From: Deltaproteobacteria bacterium | Lineage (GTDB): Bacteria > Desulfobacterota > Syntrophia > Syntrophales > JACQWR01 | NCBI GenBank assembly: GCA_016209105.1 | Contig: JACQWR010000011.1 | Span: 132,216 to 196,215 of the forward strand | Reading direction: 5' to 3' | Length of the DNA stretch: 64,000 nucleotides | In this document: positions 18,928-26,736 of the stretch, in pieces | How positions within the stretch are numbered: the stretch's first letter is position 1 | Layout: each line of letters starts with the position of its first letter | Translations under genes and position numbers: made by a program | The notes under the pieces: generated by a model | The model's input: the letters and a program-made list of their open reading frames with translations, nothing else | Databases searched by the model: none | What the model was told of the DNA's origin: nothing

Positions 18928-20052
18928 GGCAGTTTTGCCCGGCAGAGGCGGCAGATCGGCCAGTTCCTGCTCATAGGATTTTTCCATCTCCGGCTTCATG
19001 CCGCGCTTCTGCAATTCTTCCACAAAAAGCTTTCTGATGGAGGGATCCTCGTCGGCATAATCAATTTGATCGCCGCCGATCCGCTTGCTGATCCATGCCT
19101 TCGGAACGCCCTGGGCGTTGCGGATGGATACTACCTCATGCTTAAAGGCCATGTAACGGCCGGGGGTAGTCCCCGTATTGAAATGCTGGTGGTACCACAT
19201 GTTCGGCGGAACTATCATGCTGCCTTCCTGCCAGTCGTATTTCCGCGGGGCATCGCCTTCGGGCCACATCAGGCTGTACCCCTCGCCGCTTAAGATAATG
19301 ACGTGGGCGCCTGGTCCGTGGGCGTGCCCCTTCTTGTACGTTTTGACCGGAAACTGGGAAATATGGCTGTTCATGGACCCCTTTGCCAGACTGAACCGGA
19401 TATGGCCGCCGCCGGCCCCGCGCTCCTTGGCGCTGATGAGCTGGAGATTGACGGCATCGGCGACGAAGTTGGTATCGAGCAGAAGCCCCTTCTGCTCTCC
19501 CTTCTTGCTGAAATAGTCCGGCTCGCCGGAAAAACGACTGGTAAAATCAAAAGACGTGTTGAAAACGAATTCGGGGGACTCGTAGAGGTTTATTACCGGA
19601 GGACCGTTCGTCACCGCCACATAGCGCGCCGGTTCCTTTCCCGAACCGTTGAAATGCTGGTGCCAGGCATTGAGCGGTATGGCAAACAGCGCCCCCGCCT
19701 TCCACTCGAAGGTCACGCGATTGCCCTTATCGTTCCATACGGACGTGGAACCCCGCCCATCCAGAACGTAGATCATCTCCTCGAACAGCTGCCGCTGGGG
19801 CTCCAGCTGTTTGCCTGCCGGAATCTCGCAGACGTAGCAGTCGTTGGACGTTCTTGAGGCCTCATGATTAATGTAAACCCCCAAGCCGCCGCGCCTGCGC
19901 CAGGGCTTCACTTCCACCGTATGCAGATTAGGGATGTAGTGGGCGCTGATAATGTCCAACCCCTCTTTTTTGATCCATGCGTCATAGGGGGTGTCTTTTT
20001 CCGATGCAAACTTTTCTGCAAACTCCTTGGGCACTAGTGCATCTTTTGCCAT
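18925..20052 (-). CDS. Bicupin protein, paralog of 15931..17046
   Basis: Same architecture and motifs. Preferred start is ATG at 20052 (MAKDALV) behind AGGAGAGAAG. Shares a 72-bp stretch of 100 percent identical DNA with its paralog. Confidence 0.75.
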   Translation of the reverse strand: MAKDALVPKEFAEKFASEKDTPYDAWIKKEGLDIISAHYIPNLHTVEVKPWRRRGGLGVYINHEASRTSNDCYVCEIPAGKQLEPQRQLFEEMIYVLDGRGSTSVWNDKGNRVTFEWKAGALFAIPLNAWHQHFNGSGKEPARYVAVTNGPPVINLYESPEFVFNTSFDFTSRFSGEPDYFSKKGEQKGLLLDTNFVADAVNLQLISAKERGAGGGHIRFSLAKGSMNSHISQFPVKTYKKGHAHGPGAHVIILSGEGYSLMWPEGDAPRKYDWQEGSMIVPPNMWYHQHFNTGTTPGRYMAFKHEVVSIRNAQGVPKAWISKRIGGDQIDYADEDPSIRKLFVEELQKRGMKPEMEKSYEQELADLPPLPGKTA

Positions 20053-20296
20053 GTTACTTCTCTCCTTTCTGTTATGCACCACGAAGGGGGCTAACGGGTT
20101 TTACGGTATAGATACGCGGGGTTTCCTCTGCTATTTCCGATCGAGTATGGACATGTCTGCCATTTACTGTCAAGCTCTTTTTTATGCGCCCTCCCTTCCG
20201 TGACGAAACAGGACATCAAGAAGACGCACCGTGAAGCTCCCCGCACACAGGGCGGGGCGTGCAGGTGCGCCCCCGGTCAGAGGCCGAGGCGCAATA

Positions 20297-21046
20297 TCAT
20301 TCTTTACCGTTTGTGAAACGGGCAATGATCCCCTGGCAGAAACGGTCAATTTCGTTCCGATCGGGAAGATCAAGAACGGATGGGTTGACGATCTGCCGGT
20401 GGGCGAGAGATGCGAAGGCGGGAATAACGGCCGCACAGGGAGGCAGTCCGGCTATCTCAGGGAGGGTGAACTCATCCGGGGCGCGGTTGATAACGAGCGC
20501 CTGCCGGGAGAGTCCCATATCCTTTGCGAGGGAACTTATCGTGGCGGCCGTCCGCAGGCTTCTCAGGCTCGGTTCGCTGACCACGATCAGACCGTCTACG
20601 GACTGCACCGTCCCCCGCCCCAGATGTTCCACGCCGGCCTCAAGGTCAACGATGACCCACTGCCCGCCTGCAATGATCAGGTGGGCAAGCAAGGCCTTGA
20701 GCAGGGCGTTGGCGGAACAGGCACAGCCGCCGCCTGCGGCGGCGATGCTCCCCATGACGAGCAGCCTCAGATTACCGACCTTCCTGGCGAGCCGCTCCGG
20801 CAGATCTTTTACCTCCGGATTAAGACGGATAAAGCCTTCGCCCACCCGCTCCCGGATAAGCTCCGTATTCTTTACCAGGGGAACGGGGATATCTTCTTCC
20901 GGCAAGCCGAGTGCCTGGCCCAAAGACAGCGCGGTATCCGCATCTACCAGCCATACATCCTCTCCCCGGCGGGCGAGATAATCTCCCAGCCAGGCCGTGA
21001 CGGACGTCTTTCCCACTCCGCCTTTCCCTGCTACCGCAAGCTTCAT
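20297..21046 (-). CDS. CooC/AcsF-like P-loop NTPase (MinD/ParA superfamily) with a CxC motif
   Basis: Deviant Walker A AGKGGVGKTS. GGGCACSANALL resembles the metal-bridging CxC motif of CooC-type Ni-insertion ATPases. Preferred start is MKLAVAGKGG at 21046. Confidence 0.7.
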   Translation of the reverse strand: MKLAVAGKGGVGKTSVTAWLGDYLARRGEDVWLVDADTALSLGQALGLPEEDIPVPLVKNTELIRERVGEGFIRLNPEVKDLPERLARKVGNLRLLVMGSIAAAGGGCACSANALLKALLAHLIIAGGQWVIVDLEAGVEHLGRGTVQSVDGLIVVSEPSLRSLRTAATISSLAKDMGLSRQALVINRAPDEFTLPEIAGLPPCAAVIPAFASLAHRQIVNPSVLDLPDRNEIDRFCQGIIARFTNGKE

Positions 21047-21140
21047 AGGACAAAGTCTTCCCGATGCCTTAAAAAAGCGGGGGACGGGCACTCGACCCAC
21101 CCCCCTCTTATTACTATAACGTTCCTACGCAGGAATTCGC

Positions 21141-21356
21141 TTATTCAAGAACAAGCAGCACCTGTTCGGAATCCACCTTAGCATCCTTCGCAACTTTGAT
21201 TTCTTTTACGACCCCGTCGGCCGGCGCGTAAATGGGATTTTCCATCTTCATCGCTTCGAGGATTACCAGTTCATCGTCTTCACTGACCTTGTCGCCGACT
21301 TTTACCAGTACGTCCATTATTTTCCCCGGCATCGGGGCCACGACATCTATACTCAT
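21141..21356 (-). CDS. Minimal biotin carboxyl-carrier protein (biotinyl domain only, ~71 aa)
   Basis: The EAMKM biotinylation motif sits in a lipoyl/biotinyl hammerhead sequence. Preferred start is ATG at 21356 behind GGAGGTAAGG. Confidence 0.85.
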   Translation of the reverse strand: MSIDVVAPMPGKIMDVLVKVGDKVSEDDELVILEAMKMENPIYAPADGVVKEIKVAKDAKVDSEQVLLVLE

Positions 21357-21418
21357 TTTCCTTACCTCCATTTTGATTGTAGGATGACACCCGCCCCCCA
21401 TGCAGCAGCAGACGTCAA

Positions 21419-21527
21419 TTGAAGCTCTCCGCAGCGCGCTGCGGAGAAGCTTCGATTCTTAAGGAACATTATCGTTCACCATTCGGTCGCTTACCCCGCG
21501 GCAAGCCACGGGGAATGCGTTCCCGAC
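21419..21527. repeat. Intergenic repeat family A, full-length copy
   Basis: ttgaagctctccgcagcgcgctgcggagaagcttcgattcttaaggaac...cgcttaccccgcggcaagccacggggaatgcg. Confidence 0.75.
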
Positions 21528-21539
21528 AAATACCGCGCC

Positions 21540-23315
21540 TTATTCGGCTTCCTTGGAAGGACGCTCAAGCCCTTTCACGATCTGCGCCCTGATCAGCCGG
21601 GGAAGCATCATGTGATGCTGGGGGCAGATTGACCGCGGATTTTGATAAACGCCGTTGGCAAAGGCAACCATATAGTTTCGGATCGCCTCGTACCGCACCA
21701 CTTCATCCACAAAACCCGTTTTGGCGCAATAGAAGGGACGGGACTTGTCGTAGTATTCCTTGGCAAGCTCGTTCATCTTGTCAATGATGGGGCCGAGTGA
21801 CTTGCCGCCTTCCTTCTCTTTTACCAGTCTGCGGGAGAAACTGGCCGTGGAGGCTGTCTCTCCGTGCATGACGTAGATTTCCGTCGTCGCCGTGCCCAGG
21901 GTAAACGCCGTATGGTTGTTCGCCGTGGGGCCGCCCATGATGTAATGGGCCGCAGCCGTCCCCTTCCTGAGGACAACGAGCATCATGGGAACGTTGGTCT
22001 GCTCGATGGAATAGATGAGGGACTGGCCCAGTCCCAGCAGTTCCGCCTTTTCCGCAATATCTCCCACGTCTATGCCCGACGTATCCTGGAACCAGACGAT
22101 GGGCACGCGGTCGCGGCCGCACTGGGTCACGAACTCGTTCATCTTGATGAGGCCCTGACGGTAGAGCTTGCCGCCGATCCCCGTATATTTACTGGTGTAT
22201 TCCGGATAGTTTGCAAACATCCCCATGCGGTTGCCGATGGCGCCCAGGAGAAAGCCGTCCACCTTGACCAGGCCGGTGTAGACCTCAGGACCGAAGTCGG
22301 GGCGGAATTCCAGGTTTTCCGAATTGTCCACCAGGCGCGCCAGGATATTGTCGAAATCGTACCCGGCCTTCTGATTGAAGGAGATGATGGAAGAAATTTC
22401 CGTGGGCGGATACTTCGGTGCGGCGGGCTCGGCAACACGGAAGAACCGCGGATTGTAGGCCGGCATCTCCGCCATATATTGCTTGAGGGCATCAAGGACT
22501 TCCGTTTCCTTTTCAAAAACGGCCCGGAAAAATCCCGTATGGTTGTAATGAATTCCCACGCTGCCCGGCGGCACTTCCTTAAAATGCTTTGTGGCCTCGA
22601 TGATCTGTTCCGCCCCCTCCTCGTCAAAAAAACCTTTGGGGCTCATGCCGCTGACGATGCCGCCGCCGCCCACGGCAATGTTGGCGTCCTTGTGGGCCAG
22701 AAGAATGGTGGGACTGATGCCCTGATAGCCGCCGCCGGCGGGATTGGTTCCATAAATGCCGGCCAGGATGGGAATGCCCCGCTGTTCCAGTTCAGCGTGG
22801 CGGAAGAAGCAGGTGCCGTTGCCGCGGCGGTTGGCATAGACCTTTTCCTGTTCCGTCAGCTTCACTCCGGAACAGTTGACCAGCCACACAAGCGGCAGGT
22901 TCAGGATTTTTGCCATATCGGTTACCCGGAGATTGTTATCCGCCTGTCCGGCGATCCACGCCCCGGCCATGACCTTGTTGTCAAAACCGACAAGCACGCA
23001 CCACTTGCCGTTGATCCGTGCCAGGCCGTCAATGACGCCGGTCATCCCCTCTTCGTTATCGAGGGGGTTGTACAGGGTGTGCAGCGGACAGAAGGTACCC
23101 GCATCAACGAGATATTCAATCCTGTCCCACACCGTCATCTGACCGCGCTTGCGGACCGTCTCCGCCGGGATGCCGGCCTTCTTAACCCGATCAACCTCAG
23201 CCTCGATGCCTTTCAGCACTTCCTCGATCTGGGCTACGTTTTCCTTCATACGCGCAATCTGGGCAGGCTTCAGCGGCTTGCCCAGATCATCCATTTTTGC
23301 AAAATATTGTTTCAT
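21540..23315 (-). CDS. gcdA: Acyl-CoA carboxyltransferase of the glutaconyl-CoA decarboxylase alpha (GcdA) / transcarboxylase 12S type
   Basis: 591 aa. The length and N-terminal region resemble GcdA, and it has two crotonase-like carboxyltransferase halves. Adjacent to an acyl-CoA dehydrogenase and a biotin carrier. Confidence 0.8.
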   Translation of the reverse strand: MKQYFAKMDDLGKPLKPAQIARMKENVAQIEEVLKGIEAEVDRVKKAGIPAETVRKRGQMTVWDRIEYLVDAGTFCPLHTLYNPLDNEEGMTGVIDGLARINGKWCVLVGFDNKVMAGAWIAGQADNNLRVTDMAKILNLPLVWLVNCSGVKLTEQEKVYANRRGNGTCFFRHAELEQRGIPILAGIYGTNPAGGGYQGISPTILLAHKDANIAVGGGGIVSGMSPKGFFDEEGAEQIIEATKHFKEVPPGSVGIHYNHTGFFRAVFEKETEVLDALKQYMAEMPAYNPRFFRVAEPAAPKYPPTEISSIISFNQKAGYDFDNILARLVDNSENLEFRPDFGPEVYTGLVKVDGFLLGAIGNRMGMFANYPEYTSKYTGIGGKLYRQGLIKMNEFVTQCGRDRVPIVWFQDTSGIDVGDIAEKAELLGLGQSLIYSIEQTNVPMMLVVLRKGTAAAHYIMGGPTANNHTAFTLGTATTEIYVMHGETASTASFSRRLVKEKEGGKSLGPIIDKMNELAKEYYDKSRPFYCAKTGFVDEVVRYEAIRNYMVAFANGVYQNPRSICPQHHMMLPRLIRAQIVKGLERPSKEAE

Positions 23316-23369
23316 AAACTTCTTCCTCCAATCCGTTAACCGCTCCCCATTGTTAGGAACGGCAAGAAA

Positions 23370-23452
23370 TTATCAAGGAATGGTACCGCTTCGGCACCCG
23401 CTCGCTTGCCCCGCAGCAGAGTGCGGGAGAATACGCTCGCCGCCTGATTCAG
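23370..23452. repeat. Intergenic repeat family A, degenerate copy
   Basis: ...caaggaatggtaccgcttcggcacccgctcgcttgccccgcagcagagtgcgggagaatacgctcgccgcc... Confidence 0.5.
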
Positions 23453-23461
23453 CGGTTCTTC

Positions 23462-24613
23462 CTATTTCAGGCCAAGTTGCCCCCGGGCAATGATCCACTT
23501 GCAGATGTTGGCCGATCCCTCCACCATGGGATAGGTGGGGGCATCGCGGTAGTATCTCGCCACGGGATACTCGGTGGAGTACCCGTAAGCGCCCAGGATG
23601 CGCATCGCATACATGCTGCTCTTGACGGCTACTTCCCCGGCCAGATATTTTGCCTGAGCCACTTCCATGTTGTTGTCCAGCTTGCCCTGATCCCTCTGCC
23701 ATGCCGCCCGGTAAACGCACAGGCGCGCCGCTTCGATTTCACACGTCATCTGGGCAATCATGTCCTGGATCATCTGAAACTCGCCGATTGCCTTCCCGAA
23801 CTGTTCCCGCTCCTTCGCGTACTTGATGGAAGCATCCAGACAGGCCTGCGCCACACCAATGCCTCCGGCCGCGGCGGACAGACGCGTCCCGTTCAGGGAG
23901 CCGAAGACGATCTTTGCCCCATCGCCCGGTTTTCCCAGGATGTTCTCCTTGGGGACCTTCGTGTTATCCAGGTATATCTCGCCGGTCGGTGAAGAGCGGC
24001 TGCCCATCTTGTCGAGGTCCGTAGTGCGAACGCCGTTGGCATTCTTCAGTTCCACAACGAACGCGGAGAGTCCCTTGGCCTTCGCGGCGCGGTCCGTGTA
24101 CGCGTAGTAGATGATCACATCGGCGACATTAGCGTTGGAAATCCACGTCTTGGAACCGTTCAGTACCCAGTGATCCCCCTTGTCCTCGGCGGTGGACTTC
24201 ATGGACATGACGTCCGATCCCGCGTTGAATTCGGTGATGCCGAACCCGCCTACTAAGTCCGCGTTCACCAGTTTTTGAACGTACTTTTTCTTTGCCTCCG
24301 CGGTGCCGTATTTAAAGATTGTGTACGCGCAGCCCAGGCCTTGCATGTTTATCTGCACGCGGAGAGAACTGGAGCCGCGGGCAACTTCCTCGGTAAGGAT
24401 GATCGCCGCAAGCCAGCCCATCCCATTTCCGCCGAATTCCTCGGGAAGAAGCGTTCCGAAAAAACCCAGTTCCGCCATGGGTTTTACGGCTTCTTTATAG
24501 GGGAAATAGTGTTTTTCATCCCATTCATCTGCAAAGGGAGCTATCTTCTCCGCTGCAAAATCACGGGCCATGCCTCTCAACATCTCGAGTTCGTCAGATA
24601 GAGCAAAATCCAT
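23462..24613 (-). CDS. Acyl-CoA dehydrogenase. Context suggests a glutaryl-CoA dehydrogenase, possibly the non-decarboxylating type.
   Basis: Typical ACAD length and motifs (catalytic Glu in YPMVEGSANI). The specific assignment is inferred only from gcdA adjacency. Confidence 0.85.
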   Translation of the reverse strand: MDFALSDELEMLRGMARDFAAEKIAPFADEWDEKHYFPYKEAVKPMAELGFFGTLLPEEFGGNGMGWLAAIILTEEVARGSSSLRVQINMQGLGCAYTIFKYGTAEAKKKYVQKLVNADLVGGFGITEFNAGSDVMSMKSTAEDKGDHWVLNGSKTWISNANVADVIIYYAYTDRAAKAKGLSAFVVELKNANGVRTTDLDKMGSRSSPTGEIYLDNTKVPKENILGKPGDGAKIVFGSLNGTRLSAAAGGIGVAQACLDASIKYAKEREQFGKAIGEFQMIQDMIAQMTCEIEAARLCVYRAAWQRDQGKLDNNMEVAQAKYLAGEVAVKSSMYAMRILGAYGYSTEYPVARYYRDAPTYPMVEGSANICKWIIARGQLGLK

Positions 24614-24963
24614 AATAAAACCTCCTTAGTCTATATCTTGCCGGAATGAGGGAACAAAATTCCCACCGGGATCCAATATGCCGTCTTCCTCGCGGGGGAC
24701 GGTCTGTCTGTTCTGCAAAGAAATATGTTTGAGACTCTCCTTCAGCAATCTGATGAATTCAGCCCGCACCTACAGCTTCCACAGGTATGCCATGAGTATG
24801 CATTCCTCCGCACTCTTTCCATCAATATCCAAGATGCGATAGTGAATAACGAAAAAAAGGAAGAAACGTTCAGGCAGAACCTCTTCCACCGCTGTCCTGC
24901 CGTCGTCCGTGATGTATTCTTACGTACAAGAGATGAAGTCATTTACCATATATGCCCAAACCA

Positions 24964-25398
24964 CTATTCGAGGCGCTTGTGGAGATTGATAAAGTTGCTC
25001 CTGCTGAAACCCAGAGTTTTAAAAAACGATAACAGATCCGTCGAATCCCACAAGACGGATGTATAAATATCCTTAATGCCCTGCGCCCGGTAATATTTTA
25101 ACGCTTCTCCCGCCAGCATCTCGCCTATTCCCTGGCCCATGAATTTGGGGTCAACACCGAGCATAGCCACCCAGGCACTCTTCTCAATACCGAAGCTGCC
25201 GGAAAGGATATAGCTTATCAAATATCCCACAATCGCACCCTTGATCTCGGCCACAAAACTGGCGTCATCCTTGCTCTGCGTCTGCTTCGCGATAACCTGT
25301 CCGAAATCGGTCATGCAATGGGCACGGGTTATAGACGCAGATATCCTGCTAATGTCACCCGCGTCGCCCGGTTGCAACTTTCTTATAAGAGCTTTCAC
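24964..25398 (-). CDS. GNAT-family N-acetyltransferase
   Basis: Acetyl-CoA-binding motif MGQGIGEMLAGEAL in a 144-aa GNAT-sized protein. Confidence 0.75.
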   Translation of the reverse strand: MKALIRKLQPGDAGDISRISASITRAHCMTDFGQVIAKQTQSKDDASFVAEIKGAIVGYLISYILSGSFGIEKSAWVAMLGVDPKFMGQGIGEMLAGEALKYYRAQGIKDIYTSVLWDSTDLLSFFKTLGFSRSNFINLHKRLE

Positions 25399-25422
25399 CT
25401 GAAACCCCTTTTCAAAGGACTC

Positions 25423-25608
25423 TTAATCAATTCTCACTATTTTTACATGATGGCCTACCCACATAGGGGGAAGGTAAACCCTGCCGCTATTCCCGCTCAA
25501 CTTGACGCTTTTTTCGATCATCTCCTCGCCGAAGATCTCGAATTTAACCTTGGTCTGGGCGGTCTCAGCCGCAAAATCCCTATTGTTCTTCTTAGTCTTT
25601 TTATCCAC
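25423..25608 (-). CDS. Small DUF2080-like / AbrB-SpoVT-like protein
   Basis: 61 aa. GNSGRVYLPPMWVGHHVKIV resembles the conserved core of DUF2080 (putative transposon-encoded protein). Low-complexity, Lys-rich N-terminus. Confidence 0.4.
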   Translation of the reverse strand: MDKKTKKNNRDFAAETAQTKVKFEIFGEEMIEKSVKLSGNSGRVYLPPMWVGHHVKIVRID

Positions 25609-25890
25609 GGTATCCCAAAAAATCTTTTTTAAATGTCCCTCTCCACTCTATCCGCGGTAAAATTCTTTATCACAGATAGCTTTTTAATACAACAACAATG
25701 AGAGGCTCCTGCCGGGAGACGCTCGGAACCGGAGAACGTTTCCATAAATCCATTTTTTCGCCTCTTCAAGCCCATCGCACCGGGCTTACGACAACTTTCT
25801 CTGTTAGTGAAAGGCGTCTTTGGAAATTGCAAGGAACAAAAATCGCTGAACGATCACGAATGGCTTCAAAGAAACAAACTACAGAGAAAT

Positions 25891-26007
25891 TGAAACGCTC
25901 CTAAGATAATCTGCGGAGGATCTCCGATTCTCAAGGAATCATACCGTTTAAACATTCGCTTGCTTACCCCGTAGTTAGTGCGGGGAATACACTCACTCAT
26001 AGGTTCA
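25891..26007. repeat. Intergenic repeat family A, diverged copy
   Basis: ...ctgcggaggatctccgattctcaaggaatc...attcgcttgcttaccccgtagttagtgcggggaatacactcac. Confidence 0.6.
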
Positions 26008-26171
26008 TAACACGGGAGCTATATGTGGTCAAGGCGTTTCTTTACAACGCCGGGATGATACGATTGATTTTTCGCGCAATAAAAAACGATAGCTGGAACA
26101 CTTATCCACGTAACGGCTACCGCGATGTGTTCGCGGCGCCTCCAGCACCACCGTGTAGACGGACAGGCGTC

Positions 26172-26546
26172 TTACGCTTTCCAGAGGCCATGGAGATTAC
26201 AGTGCTCCCGCGCCGTGATCTGCGCCGCTTCCATGGGGAACGTCGCCTCCGGCGCCTGACCGGGCGCGAGAAACTGGCGGTAGGCCCTGCCGTCGGCAAT
26301 AAGCTCGATCCACTCGATGTAGTGCTTCTCCTCCATGGGATGGGCGACGCTTCCCACCTTCACCTTCACGCCGCCCGGCACCTTCTCCACGACCGGCACA
26401 TGTTTTTCCTTTGCCGCATCCGTCGTATTTTCCCTCATGAGTTTCATGGGTTTGCCGCAGCATACCAGTTCTCCCGCCCCTTCGTGCAGGACTTCCACGA
26501 TATTGCCGCATACCTCGCATTTGTAGACTTCCAATCGCTTTGTCAT
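26172..26546 (-). CDS. dfx: Desulfoferrodoxin (2Fe superoxide reductase)
   Basis: N-terminal desulforedoxin CEVCGN..VCCG and C-terminal neelaredoxin domain ([19 protein letters not shown]). The second ATG (26546) has the better RBS spacing. Confidence 0.9.
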   Translation of the reverse strand: MTKRLEVYKCEVCGNIVEVLHEGAGELVCCGKPMKLMRENTTDAAKEKHVPVVEKVPGGVKVKVGSVAHPMEEKHYIEWIELIADGRAYRQFLAPGQAPEATFPMEAAQITAREHCNLHGLWKA

Positions 26547-26682
26547 ATACATCCTCCCGTACCCATGGTTAAAAAAGTCACCCCTATCAAAGTCCGTATC
26601 GTCACGCTCTTTTTATACAAGTAAAGTGAAAAAAGCATCAAAAAGTTATCACAAAACAAGGAGAACAATAGGGACAAAAAAA

Positions 26683-26706
26683 GGAGGGGCTTTCAAAAGC
26701 CCCTCC
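26683..26706 (-). terminator. Rho-independent terminator after the outer-membrane protein gene
   Basis: GGAGGGGC / GCCCCTCC stem, followed on the minus strand by a T7 run. Confidence 0.7.
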
Positions 26707-26736
26707 CCTCGCTGAAACATTTAGGAAACTTCCGGT

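Noticed and set aside
20140-20175. Minus-strand TGGCAG-N5-TCCAT upstream of bicupin 2 as a sigma54 promoter
   Set aside because: The -24-like GG is present, but the -12 element has no TTGC/GC match, so it is not supportable.
21864-23339. Long antisense ORF (491 aa) opposite gcdA. Similar shadow ORFs occur at 8263..9117, 34928..35887, 36760..38052, 48019..49212 and 51828..53114.
   Set aside because: Each lies fully opposite a gene with strong family motifs. Their translations are low-complexity (Arg/Gly/Pro/His-rich) with no recognisable domains, as is typical of GC-rich antisense frames.
25423-25608. DUF2080-like ORF as proof of a transposon or insertion sequence
   Set aside because: No transposase, integrase, terminal inverted repeats or target-site duplication could be identified around it. 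It is kept only as a weak hint in the islet finding.
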